64,000 bases of DNA from Octopus sinensis (Eukaryota): assembly GCF_006345805.1 (NCBI RefSeq), contig NC_043002.1:96410001-96474000 (forward strand), in the 5' to 3' direction. Positions 23,765 through 36,419 of the stretch are shown here, piece after piece (within the stretch, counting starts at the first letter, position 1; each line of letters starts with the position of its first letter). Under the pieces are notes generated by a model. That model did not search any database, was not told the origin of the DNA, and saw only the letters and a list, made by a program, of their open reading frames with translations. The position numbers and the translations under genes were made by a program.

Positions 23765-24935
23765 AAATCAAAATAGATGAACATCAATGGAATTTGTATC
23801 TTTGTGGTACCAGTACCTGTGGCACACAAGAAAACCATCCGAACGTGGCCGTAGCCAGTACCGCATCGACTGGCCTCTGTGATGTGGGCACATAACAAAC
23901 ACCATCCGATCGTGGCCGTCCGCCAGCCTCATCTGGCACCTGTGTCGGTGGCACATAAAAACACCAACCGAAGACCCGGCAAGACTAGTCAGGCCATAAC
24001 CCGTGGCCCCTACTTGGGACGTAGTCAGTCCACCTGTGCATACCTTCCTTCCTTCTTGTGACACTTGTGAAGACCTGTGAAGACCTGTTGAGGCAAGTGA
24101 AAATCAAATCAAATCAAATCAAAATAGATGAACATCAATGGAATTTGTATCTTTGTGGTACCAGTACCGGTGGCACACAAGAAAACCATCCGAACGTGGC
24201 CGTAGCCAGTACCGCATCGACTGGCCTCCGTGCTGTGGGCACGTAACAAACACCATCCGATCGTGGCCGTTCGCCAGCCTCATCTGGCACCTGTGTCGGT
24301 GGCACATAAAAACACCAACCGAAGACCGGCAAGACTAGTCAGGCCATAACCCGTGGCCCCTACCTGGGACGTAGTCAGTCCACCTGTGCATACCTTCCTT
24401 CTTGTGACACTTGTGAAGACCTGGTGAGGCAAGTGAAAATCAAATCAAAACAAATCAAAATAGATGAACATCAATGGAATTTGTATCTTTGTGGTACCAG
24501 TGCCGGTGGCACACAAGAAAATCATCCGAACGTGGCCGTAGCCAGTACCGCATCGACTGGCCTCTGTGATGTGGGCACGTAACAAACACCATCCGATCGT
24601 GGCCGTTCGCCAGCCTCATCTGGCACCTGTGTCGGTGGCACATAAAAACACCATCCGAGCGTGGCCGTCTGCCAGCCTCGTCTGGCACCTGTGTCGGTGG
24701 CACATAAAAACACCATCCGAGCGTGGCCATTCGCCAGCCTCGTCTGGCACCTGTGTTGGTGGCACATAAAATCACCCACTACACTCTCGGAGTGGTTGGC
24801 GTTAGGAAGGGCATCCAGCTGTAGAAACACTGCCAGATCTGACTGGCCTGGTGCAGCCTTCGGGCTCCCCAGACCCCAGTTGAACCGTCCAACCCATGCT
24901 AGCATGGAAAACAGACGCTAAATGATGATGATGAT
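23765..24935 (+). repeat. Tandem array of RTE-LINE 3' sequence (~340-350-bp units x3, plus ~62-bp subunits)
   Basis: The anchor atagatgaacatcaatggaatttg recurs at 23773, 24124 and 24460. The ~62-bp unit accatccgatcgtggccg...ggcacataaaaac is repeated 3-4 times at 24590-24770. The array ends in an (ATG)n tail. Confidence 0.9.
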
Positions 24936-25126
24936 GATATACATACATTCATATATATACATATATATATACATATATATATACATACATTCATATATAT
25001 ACATATATATATATACATACAGTCATATATATACATATATATACATACATTCATATATATACATATATATACATACATTCATATATATACATATATATAC
25101 ATACATTCATATATATATACATACAT

Positions 25127-25173
<47 letters not shown>

Positions 25174-25834
25174 CACACATACACAAAAATATGCATATAC
25201 ATAAATATAACAACTTTGACTACTGTTTTACACAAGCATAAATTTGTCAGAAGAATTTGACCTTGATAAGCTGTTATCATCCTAGATTTTGACCCGACAT
25301 TCAAGTATCAAAGTCCAGATAACAGCTACTGACATTATATAGTCCACGTGCTTGTGCATGTGGATGGTAAAGTAACAGAGTATATTCTAAGTTATGCCCC
25401 ACATTTAGTTTTACAATTGAAACTTATCAAGCTTATCGCTGAGCAAGTTAATTTTTTACGCTAGTAGGTGTATGACAGCTGCTATAAATCCTTTATGCAC
25501 CAAACTCAGCATGGATACTAAAAGATCTAGCCCACTAAAGTATAAGTTATGTTTAAGATTTAAATAATTTCACCCACTTTGTATGCTAAACAATATTTTT
25601 ATGTTGCTGTATATAAGCTTTGGGTTTCTTGACGGAATGGCAGTAACTTAAAAGGCTTTAGTATTCAGATTGCTTTGTCAAATGTAATAGTTATTCATAC
25701 ACATTTTATAAAATCAATCCTGTATTATCTCATAACATTGAGATTTCGAAGATATGATTATTTATTTTTAGAATGACATTGCAGGGTAGGTGTGAGAAGC
25801 TGGATCTGGTTAGTTCACTGATTGCGGATCCTGG

Positions 25835-26150
25835 GTGGATGTTGTTTACCTGGACTTTGCTAAGGCTTTTAATTCTGTGCCACACAAAAGACTTATGGTG
25901 AAACTCTCTGCAATGGGTGTAAGAGATGATCTCTATAACTGGTTGAAGTCCTTCATTATCAGCCGAAAAGAGGTTGTCACAGTTCTAGGACAGCACTCTT
26001 CACCCTATGAGATGACATCTGGTGTACCACAGGGATCTGTTCTTGACCCCCTTTTATTTGTTGCACATGTTAATGACATAGATGCCAACTTAAAGAATGC
26101 CACAGTGCTGAAATATGCAGATGACATCAAGCTGTACCTCGAAATAAAGA
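25835..26150 (+). mobile_element. Non-LTR reverse transcriptase fragment (CR1/L2/Jockey-like)
   Basis: DVVYLDFAKAFNSVPH...TSGVPQGSVLDPLLF...LKYADDIKLY contains the RT motifs DxxKAF, GVPQGS and YADD. No endonuclease or LINE ends are present. Confidence 0.9.
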
Positions 26151-26625
26151 GGACAGATCCTGTACACTATAGATCTTTATTGCAATCAGTTCAAAAAGAA
26201 ACTGAAATACCAAAATTACACACTGTTCCTTTGTGGATGACTTACGACGAGATGAAAAAGAGCCTTGTCCTAGTTACAACATTCCCAAAGGATATAGGGT
26301 TGGAGTTATTATTACCTTATTAATACTATTAATAACGGTAATAATACTTCTTTATTTAAATTTTTCTTGTTCACAAGAGTTTCTTTTAAACAGAGTGGGA
26401 CATTTAAAGTAAAGAATACACACGAGATAATGTAGTGAATATTTTAGAAATAGATGTTAAAATGTTATTTTCAACTGAAGATCATAGAGTATATTCGTCA
26501 TGCAAAGCGTGAAATCAACTGATAAATACTGCATCAATTACAGAATTTATTTTTTGATCCATGTAGAAAAATACAGCAATTACAAATCTGGGAATATATT
26601 TGTTTTAATGTTTAATTTTTCTTAA

Positions 26626-26909
26626 AGAAACACTCAATGGTTCTTCCACCCATCTCACCCACCCACTACCTACCTGCTTTCAAAAAAGTTTAAAGTAACC
26701 TATGTTTCACTTTTGTCCGATGTTCCTTGCATGCATAGAATTGTACTGAAATAGCAGTCATAAAAAATATTAGAGCATCATCAAAAAACCTGACATGCTA
26801 GAAACAACAGGTAAATCACAATATTTCTGAAGAAACTTCCCCACTTTCTAAAAAGCTAAAAGTGGTGAGGTGATGGGTGGATGTTTGGGAAGGAGATTTT
26901 AGTGTTTCT
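26626..26909. mobile_element. TTAA-flanked MITE with AG...CT termini (Kolobok-like)
   Basis: TTAA|AGAAACACTCAA ... TTAGTGTTTCT|TTAA. A related copy lies at ~32045-32375. The superfamily is inferred from the TTAA target and RR termini only. Confidence 0.6.
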
Positions 26910-27089
26910 TTAATAAAAAAGAGAGAAGAAAATTCTTAAAGGTGCGTACCCTCTGTTTTTTTCTCCATGGATTACCAAGAATAAATTCTAAAAAAGTGAA
27001 AAAAATTAAGGAATTGGGATATCTTAATCTCCGTATGATAAATATAGGAATTGGAAAAAATTTAGATAAAAAGTCGGGGGATTGTTTGT

Positions 27090-28300
27090 TAATTTCTGTA
27101 AAGATTTCTCATTTCTTTATGCTTTGAAGAGAGCAGAAATTGAAAGAGAAGAGAAAGTGAAAAGGTAACATTTGCTTTGAGGTGAGAGCAGAGAGTGAAA
27201 GATCTATGTGTATATGAAATGGATGTGTGTGTGCATGCATGCTTGAGAGAGAGAATGAATGTGTGTGCTGTCATGTATGTACTTTTTTGCATGTATGTGT
27301 AAGTTGCACTCACTCGATCTCATTCTCTCTCTCTCTCTCTCTCATACACACACACATTATCTTTCATATACACATACATAAATACATATGCATACATCGT
27401 TCTTGTATATATTTGTGTATGTGCACATGAGAGAGAAAGTGAGTGACTGCATTTCCTCATAACATATAGAGAAATGGATGTCTACATTTGATGTCTGTTA
27501 AGGTACACACCCATAGAAAATGTGACGGCATCATCATTGTGGTATATTATGTTGTTTAGACTAGTTGAATTATAGAAAATTTATAGTGTTAAATTTTTGT
27601 AATGCCAATATGTAAATGAAAATAAAGTTTATTTGTTAGCCGAAAGATTACTGAATCTTTTGATAACCCATACGTCAAAATTGGCAACTCAGTTTTCGAA
27701 TGTATCCATTAATTTCCGTAAAATTTTTTATTTCACTATGCTCTGAAGAGAGCAAAAATTGAAAGAGAAGAGCAAGTGAAACCATGACATTTACTTTGAA
27801 GTGAGAGCAGAAAGTGAAAGATGCATGTACATATATATGAATGGATGTGTGTGTGTGTGTGTGTGTACGTGAGAGAGGAAGAGAGGAGAAAGAGTGAGTG
27901 AAGGTGTGTGTTGTTATATATGTGTAAGTGGCACTCATTCAGTCTCTCTGTCTCACACACATCTTTTATATACACATACATAAATACATATGCATACATC
28001 TTTTTTGTATATATGTGTGCATGTGTGTGTGCATGTGAAAGAGAAAGTGAGTGACCATATTTTGTCATAACATATAGAGAAATGGATGTCTTTTAAAGTA
28101 CACACTCATATAGAAAATGTGACATCGTTGTTGTCATTGTGGTATAAAAAGCTTACAATAATTGACTTATGGAAAAGATTATAATGTAAAACTTTTGTAA
28201 TGCAAATATGTAAATGAAAATAAAGTTTATTTGGTAGTCATAAGATTACTGAATCTTTTGATATCCCATACATCAAAATTAGCAACTCAGTTTTTGAATG
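27090..28300. repeat. Diverged ~600-bp tandem duplication
   Basis: gaagagagcagaaattgaaagagaagag occurs at ~27126 and ~27744; tgaaaataaagtttatttg at ~27617 and ~28214. An inverted third copy of the right part lies at ~36135-36325. Confidence 0.85.
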
Positions 28301-30489
28301 CATAAGGAAAACATGCACACACAAATTCTCTTTTATATATATGGAAGACGTCCCTGTCTATCATTCTCTCTGTCTCTCACATTCCTTGTGTGTCTATCTC
28401 ATCCTGTCTCCTCCCCTTCCCTGATATCATCCACCCTCATTATGTCACATATCCCTGAATCTAAAATTTTTGCACCCCTCTCATTTTATCATGTAATAGC
28501 CCAACCCCCATAGTCGGTTCAATACCATTTTTTATTGAAATCCAATTAGCCTATAATTGAACTGGATGTTAGTTCAACATGTATACAAAGTTTGGCAAAG
28601 ATTGGTTCCCAGGTTTGGGCAGCAAGAGGATAACAGACAGACAGAAATTATCACATATATATATATACATATACTCAAACATTGGGCTTCACAGAGGCAA
28701 TGACTAGTGACCATGACCTTTGGTGATATGCCTTGCTTGAAAAGAACTGTCAAGCCATTTGAAATTGTAGTCAAAGCTGAAGCTGGTGTCACGTAAGTGG
28801 CATCTGTGCTGGTGGCACATAAAAAGCACCTTTTGAGCACTGGGCATCACAGAAGCAATGTGACTGATGTCAGTGTTACATAACTAGCACCTCTGCCGGT
28901 GTAATGTAACTAGCACCTCTCAAGCATTGAGCCTCATGGAGGCAATGTGGCTGATGCTAATGTTATGTAACTAGCCCCTGTACTGGTGGCATGTAAAAAA
29001 CATCTTTTGAGTCTTGGGCTTCAAGAAAGCAATGACAAATAACCAAAACCTTTGGCAATATGCTGTGCTTGAGTAGAAGACCCATCAAGCCAGATGAAAT
29101 TCTAGTCATGGCAGATACTGGTGTCACGCAACTGGCACCCATGCCAGTGGGACATAAAAGCACCCATTGCACTCTTGGAGTGGTTGGCGTTAGGAAGGGC
29201 ATCAAGCCATAGAAACCATGCCAAATCAGACTGGAGTCTGTGCAGCCTCTCAGCTTGCCAGCCCTGGTCAAGCCATCCAACCCATGCCAGCATGGACAAC
29301 GAATGTTAACTGATGATGATGGAAGATAGAGCATTCAGTCATAAACTGCATTCATTTTGTTCAAGTGGTGGTTGTGTAATAAACGCATATGTATTTTTTT
29401 TATTTTTAATTGCCAAATCAGAGGGGAAAAGGGCTATGTCTATTACTTCTTTCGGGGTTACTGAAGCAGAGAAGAAGAGAGAAAATTATCTTCAGACCAG
29501 AAACCTGACCTGAATGCTTGCAACATAATGGACTCTGCAAAAGACATCTAATGGCCAAGTAGTGGCTGTCACTCATGAAATGGACTGCCTGTTAGGATAT
29601 AAAGAACTCTGTTGTGTTTTGTAACAGAGAGGATTTTATTGGATAGTACCAGTCAGTTGTGACATTATAGATTCTAAGGATTGCAAATGGTAACTGATCA
29701 AAGGTTAGTAGCTAAGCACGGGTCTATTATATGGACCAACATATAGATATATATCTTTTTGTATATCAGAGACTTATAATGTCTCGTATATCGTTTTTAT
29801 TTAAAAGAAGTATTATGTGATTTAAGGGAAATTGGGTGCTATTTCTAGTAAGTTGAGCAATTACACTGAGGTTCCCTTTTAAACTCATGGGACTCATATT
29901 GAGTAAGTTGAATGACTATGTAGAAGCTGCAGTGAGTGATTAAAAGCTAGTATAATACATAATAAAGAAAGGCAAGTATAATACCTAATAATAAACCCAT
30001 GATATTTGTCTACAAATATTTATGGACAGATAGCGTGAGTTTCTTATTTTATTCTAATGCACCAGTCTTTTTTTGAACAAAGTTGTAATGTTAGAGTTCA
30101 ATCTGTTACAAAATTTAACTTTACCCAATAGTACTCCAGCTGTAGTCCTCAAACTGACAAGTACCGGACATTTCCTCCCCCATCCTAGTAAAATATATTA
30201 ATGAAAAGTCAAGATAGAATTTGCATCCATATCATTCTTCTTTCTTTGCCATGGTGGTGTTGTTCAGGTGAAAATGTTTAAAACCATCTTAATCTTATTA
30301 AATGAGACAATTTGTCTACAGATTTTTCCATCCCCCAGAATATCCCCTGCTCCCATCAAGAGCCTAATATCCCCCTATAGGAAACACTGTTCTAGAGTAA
30401 TACAAATGTTAGAATAAATGAGAATTTCTGACACCTCTTAAATCCAGATTCATGCATTTTGATATTTTCAAGGCTAGAACTGCACAGTA

Positions 30490-31105
30490 CAAGGGTAGGC
30501 TGAAAAATTCATGGGCTGACTAGTGAGTGATACTAGAACTGTGAAAGCTTGCATGCATTAATTTCAACTCTTCTTATTAATAGATTCATTGTTTCTGTCA
30601 AGGTAAATTGACATTTGACATTTCAAAGAACATTTCAAAAGTAACTGGTTGTGACTTCTCTTGAAAATGTACGAAATTTGGCATTATGGTGTTATCAAGT
30701 ACCTGCAGAAAAAGGGTTTAGCCCCAAGGACATTTAGGCAGACATGGTTGCTACATTAGAGGATAAAGTTCCAGCTTTATCAACAGTGCAAAAGGGGGCA
30801 GTTGAATTTAGGAGGGAAAGGGAAATCTTGAAGATGACCCAAGGTTTGGATGTCCTGCATCTGCCACCACTGAGGAAAACATTGATCATGTTCACCACAT
30901 GATGACAGATGACATGTGATTGACTAAAAACCAAATATAGCCAATGCTATTAGCATATTCTTTATATTCTGCACAACAAACTTGGCGTGATGAAAGTTTC
31001 TGCTTAGTGGGTCTTCTGACACCTAATCAAAAGTGCACCAGGCTGGGAAAATCTGACATTGTTTGAGGCAGGTCCAGCTGGTTTCCTTGAATGTTTCCTA
31101 ACAAC
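30490..31105 (+). mobile_element. Mariner-family transposon remnant (5' TIR and HTH region)
   Basis: TA|CAAGGGTAGGCTGAAAAATTCATGGGCTGAC end. Broken frame reads GVIKYLQKKGLAPKDI..DMVATLEDKVPALSTVQK..AVEFRR..LEDDPR.G.PASATTEENIDHVHHM, typical of the mariner N-terminal HTH. Confidence 0.85.
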
Positions 31106-31176
31106 ACCACGGTGAAATCGAAGTAAGCTTAAATAAAAAACCGGGATAGGTGAACCGCGATATGGTGACGGATTAC

Positions 31177-33080
31177 TGTATTTCTTTCTCACACCCAATC
31201 AAAGTTTCTCAATATTTTGATTATAAACATCATCCAAGGTCTTACTTCACAAAGTTATGCTTATAAATCACGGAATATAGCCTTTTTTTTCATTTGTCAT
31301 AGGGTTGTTATGTTCAGTGAAGTTAATTCAATTTAATCAGTCAAATTAAAGCTATACCATCAAGTTCATCGAATTTTTTTTCCTTGTTTGTTTCGTGGAA
31401 TGGTGATGGTGAAGAATGTGCACATCACCCATTTCCGGTGGACATTTTTCGAATTTGTGTTTTCAATATAAGAGAATACAATTTTGCCCCGAAAACCACG
31501 TTTTCAAAATTTTAACTTTCCCCATCCCAATTTATAAATTTCTAACTATTTTTCAGGATCTTTTCGGTTTGAACGGCAGTTTTTAACATAATTTCTAGGT
31601 AATTAAAAAATTTTAAACTTCGTATACTAGTAGAATGGGTTTATAAAACATTTTTTTCTCTTGCCTTTATCGAGAAAATTCTATAGTTTGTAAGATATTT
31701 GTTGTTTTCTTTCTTCAATTTCTGCAATTTCAACCAATCACTGACGTCTATTGAGTTAAAAAGCATTCTGTGCCCTATGAATATGTCCCTCGTTTAAGAA
31801 ACAGATTTATTTACATTTCTGAAGAAAAAAAGATACCCTCCCCCCACCCCTAACCCTAACCCTGAAATAGATTGAAATGCAATAGATCGATTCTAGGGTC
31901 ATAATTATGGGTGACAATTTCATATGACACCGCTAGAAAAAACTGCCGTTCAAACCGAAAAGATCCACTTTTCGAATTTTTTAAAAATTCATACAGAGAT
32001 TACAATTCTGGGATTGTTTTGTTTTTTCAAAATTCTAATTTTTCTTTCAGAAACATTCAATGTCCCTTCCCCACAAAACCCATCCCTCATCTCCCTGTTT
32101 TCAAAAACTAAAAACTCAGAATGTTTCACTTTCGTCTGATGTTTCACGCATGCGTAGAATTCTACTGAAATAGCAGACGTCAAAAATATCAGACCATCAC
32201 CAGTAAACCCGACATGCTAGAAACAACAGCTAAACGACATTATTTCTGGAAAAACTTTCCCACTTTCTAAAAAGCTAAAAGTTAAACATTTGGAGTTTTT
32301 AGCCTTTTGAAAGTGGGGTAGTGATGGGTGGTGGAGGTTGGGGAACAGGGTTTGAATGTTTCTTTAAGAAGAATTAAAAAATCCTTAAGGATTTTTAATC
32401 TCTATTTTCCAAGGGGATTACAAAAAAAAAAAAAATTCAAAAGGCTAAAAATTGTCAAAATATGCGGAAAAATACAGAAATTTTGAGTCTGAAAAAATTT
32501 CCAAAAATTTTTGTACCTAGGGTTAGCGTTACGGAAAAAATTTCAAAATGAATTGGGGGGGGGGTGCTAAGGGGGAGGGGGCAAAAAATTTCAAAATTCC
32601 GAATTTTGGTAATTTTCCGGAATCTCCGTATCCGAAAACGTGGGTTTTTGGCAAAAAAAAATTTTTTTTTAACAATAATTTGCGAGAAAATGGGGGGAGG
32701 GGCGGGATGAAGTCATTCCTGAGTGTTTCTTAATCTTTTTAAATGGAAATGGGAGAAATTAAAATTTTAAAAACGTGGGTTTATGGGCAAAATCGTATTC
32801 TATATCGAAAACATAGAGATCCGAAAAAAATTTTGGAAACCCCCACCGCCCGCGAATCAAAGAAAAATTAAGTGTTATATAACTATTCAATGAACTTGAT
32901 GGTATAGCTTTTAATTTGACTGATTGAATTGAATCAACTTCACTTGAACATAACGATCCTATGACAAATGGGGAAAAAGGCTACATTTCGTGGTTTACAT
33001 GTATAACTTTGTGAAGTAAGACCTTGGATGGTGTTTATAATCAAAATATTGAGAAACTTCGGGTGCGAGAAAGAAATACA
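31177..33080. mobile_element. Non-autonomous DNA transposon with ~200-bp TIRs, carrying nested MITEs
   Basis: Left arm tgtatttctttctcacaccc...gctataccatcaagttcat (31177-~31370) is the reverse complement of atgaacttgatggtatagc...gggtgcgagaaagaaataca (~32888-33080). Confidence 0.8.
31556..31966. mobile_element. GGATCTTTT-TIR MITE, copy 2
   Basis: Near-identical to 4746-5175; nested inside the long-TIR element. Confidence 0.85.
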
Positions 33081-33847
33081 TACAGAGTAAACAAGAGATA
33101 TTTGAGGTCATTCACCGCGTTAAGTCTGTGAAAGCAATTTATGAACCAACGAAGTAGACTCTACGTGTTTGCTGGATCTGCTAGAAATAGCAGATAAATC
33201 ATTTCCTATCATCTTAAATAAGTGCTAAATAACATTAATGAAGATCACGCCCCTGGCGAGAAAGTCACTCGATCAACACTGGGCTAGGGCAAAACAGGCC
33301 CTATACACTCAGCTAAACATTTTAAATAACATATGAGCATAACAGTAGATATATATGTAAGCGGTTAGAAGGAAGTGTTATACTTATTTATTTAAGAATA
33401 TCGCACTAAAACAATAAAACAATACTATTATAGATAGAAGAGTTGCAGTAACTTTTAACGCTGAAATATAAAGCTTGTAAATCTCTAATTACTTTGTTTT
33501 GATTAAAACTTCAATTAATAATGGAATGACATGTAAAAGAGAGAGAGGAAATAGAAAGTAAACAAATACGCCTCTACAGAAAGGTTTTCAAACATGATAC
33601 TATATATATATATATATAAAGAATATGAGGGGTTTAGTTCACTGGTGATCTAAACGAATAGATACGCTGAGTAAGTTCTATAATTAATCATCCATAAGGT
33701 TCGAAGTTCACAGCTGAGGCTGGAGCCAGGGATCCGTATTAAGTTTCAGTGTTAGCGGGTATATATTATAATTCCTCGGTACTAGTACCTAATTCCTCTA
33801 ATACAACACACACACACATGTACATACGAAAGATAAATGAGGCTTAC

Positions 33848-33893
33848 TGGAATATGCCTTCTGGACATATCTTAGAAGACAGGTAGTTGCCAT
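33848..33893 (-). CDS. ACADS: ACADS coding exon 1 (start codon; putative mitochondrial transit peptide)
   Basis: cacaATG GCA ACT... gives MATTCLLRYVQKAYS plus one base, then |GTAAGC. The 46 coding nt end in phase 1, join exon 2 in frame, and equal the human exon 1 coding length as recalled. The peptide is basic, hydroxylated and acid-free. No other candidate was seen between 16.9 and 34 kb. Confidence 0.8.
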
Positions 33894-34780
33894 TGTGATA
33901 GTCGAAAAAAACTTGGAAAAGTGACCGGTGAGAGAAGACTTCGTATCAAATCAGTTATCGCAACTGAACACAGATCGGTGCTCTTTCACTAACTGACGCC
34001 TGCTATTTTCTAACCCCGCTTTATATGTTTAACTGTGGAGCATATTTGTATGGATGTAAATGCGCTACGCTCCTCCCTCTTTCTATGTATAAGATATCTC
34101 TTATCTTCTGTGTTTCGGTCACTGAACTGCAGTCATGCTGGAGCACTACATTGAAGAGTTTTAATCTAACAAATCAACCTCAGTACTTATTTTTCATACT
34201 TATTCTATCAGCCTGTTTTGCAGAACTGGCGAAGGTAAAGAATACGCATACCCGGTGTTTAGAGTTAGGGTTACGCCATGAACAGGTGATGTGCGTATTC
34301 TTTGCCTCTGCCGCAGAACCACTAAGTTGAACAGACATAAGCAAAGTTGTCAAATGGTAGGAACAAACATAAACATAAAGACACACACACACACACATAC
34401 ATACGAAGGGCTTTCACTTAGTTTCCGTCTACTAAAATTTGCTCACAAGGCATTAGCCGGCTCAGGGCTATAATTGAAGTAGTCACTGGCTTAAGGTGAC
34501 GTACAGTGGAACTGAACCCGAAGCGACGTGGTTGCAAAGCGAGCTTTTTAATAACACAGCCATGCCTAAAAATTTCAATTCCTTCATGATATTTTTCATG
34601 TTTAATCATGTTTAATTCTCTCGAGCTGATCAAACACAATGTCATGTTTGATCTACTCGAAAGAACTGAACAGTCAAACACACGCCCACAGATATATACA
34701 TAAATACATACATACATACATCCTCTTTTGTAAGTTTTTACGATTCGCTTATGTTTATATATTTCTTTTACGATGCGTAA

Positions 34781-35055
34781 AGTGGAGGCGCAATGGCCCA
34801 GCGGTTTCGATTCCCAGACCGGGCGTTGTGAGTGTTTATTGAGCGAAAACACCTAAAAGCTCCACGATGCTCCGGCAGGGGGTGGTGATCCCTGCTGTAC
34901 TCCTTCACCACTCATTCTCTCACTCTTTCTTCTGTTGGTCTGCTCACTTAGCCAGCGGGGTGGCATCATTTGAAAGCTAAAAACAATGCGAAATCATTGT
35001 GACCAGCGATATGTAACAACATCTGATGGTCTGGTCGGTCACGTGATCACGTGAT
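34781..35055 (+). mobile_element. tRNA-derived SINE (fourth family) with an internal deletion in the head
   Basis: gtggaggcgcaatggcccagcggtttcgattcccagaccggg has a partial A box fused to a B-box-like ggtttcgattccc. Ends in cacgtgatcacgtgat. Confidence 0.55.
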
Positions 35056-35257
35056 ATCTAATTGTTTTATCGATTTAAAAATGTTCCCCCTTCTTCTGGA
35101 TCTTGAAAATTTCACACACACATCTTTCTACATCCCTTCTCCTCCAGTCAGCAACTGGGGTTCGTTCCTCCCTAATGTCACCAATTTTTCTTTTCTCAAG
35201 AAAATGAAAATCATCTTCATTTGTATTTTTTTTTTTACGATTCATTTACTGTATGTA

Positions 35258-35340
<83 letters not shown>

Positions 35341-35395
35341 GTGTATGTATGTATGTATGTATGTATGTGTGTGTGTGTGTGTGTATGTGTTTGTG

Positions 35396-35635
35396 TGTGT
35401 GTCGGGCATGTGGAAGAGAGTGTAATTCGGCAGGAGGACTTAAACGACATGCAAAGGTACATGAAGCCCAGTTACAACTACAGCCGGTAATTACCAGTAA
35501 AGGTTTTAGTTGCCAATTCTGTACAAGACATTGTAGATCTTTAACTGGGCTAAAAAGTCACATTCGATCACAACACCAGTAACAGTTAGGCTTCATGCAA
35601 TGGCCATATTCGATAATGAGTGGGCAGCCATAATA
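35396..35635 (+). mobile_element. LINE 3' end encoding two C2H2-like fingers (RTE-like C-terminus)
   Basis: [21 protein letters not shown]...FSCQFCTRHCRSLTGLKSHIRSQHQ*. The Cx2C...GLxSH pattern resembles the C-terminal finger of RTE ORF2. Truncated on the 5' side by a (GT)n array. Confidence 0.6.
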
Positions 35636-36419
35636 TATGTACGTACGTACGTACGTATGTATGTATGTATAAATTTTCTATTACATTTATCTTATATACT
35701 GCTGTGAGTATACACATGCACAGAGTAGTACCTGGTTTTGTAGAAATCATCAGAAAAAGTCATTTAGTTTATGACTTGGACCTCTGAGAGAAATTTAGCG
35801 AGAAGGGATGAGACTGCATTTTCAGATCCTAGGAATGGAAAGGAGGTTGTCTCAAAATTTAAGATTATGATATTTGAATAGAGTGGCCTCGTAAATAGTT
35901 ATGGGTCCTTCTTTGATCCTCAGACCCCATACCAATATACTGACTCTTATAGGTCCTGCCTAAAAGTTTATCTTTGAAGATATGTCCCTTTCCCCAAATT
36001 TCAGATACATTGGTGCAAAACAGAGGCTAAAAGTCACATTACCAACATTTACATGCATATATCCATTTATACATAAATTCAGTATATTTTTGATATGTGT
36101 GTGTGTGTGTGTGTATGTGCGTATGTTCCTTATGCATTCCAAAACTGAGTTGCCGGTTTTGATGTATGGGATATCATAATATTCAGTACTATTTCCGCTA
36201 CCAACTAAACTTTATTTTCATTGACATATTTCCATTACAAAAATTTAAAATTATAATCTTTTCCATAACTCAACTGTCGTAAGCATTTTATACAACGACG
36301 ACGTCACATTTTCTATGAGTGTGTAACGAACTTGTGAGTGTGAATATCTTCTCTTGTACTTTCGGGGTACAAGAAAGCAATCACTAGCCGTTGCTTTAAT
36401 AATCCAGAATTCTACCAGT

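Noticed and set aside
23197-23898. Long ORFs of YI/CV/HT dipeptides here and at 6552, 9035-9830, 24922, 35051-35490, 38876-39233, 48090 and 54682
   Set aside because: They are translations of (TA)n, (CA)n and (TACA)n microsatellites, which lack stops in some frames.
24590-24770. Regularly spaced ~62-bp direct repeats that superficially resemble a CRISPR array
   Set aside because: There are no unique spacers, the units are RTE 3' sequence, there are no cas genes, and the context is eukaryotic.
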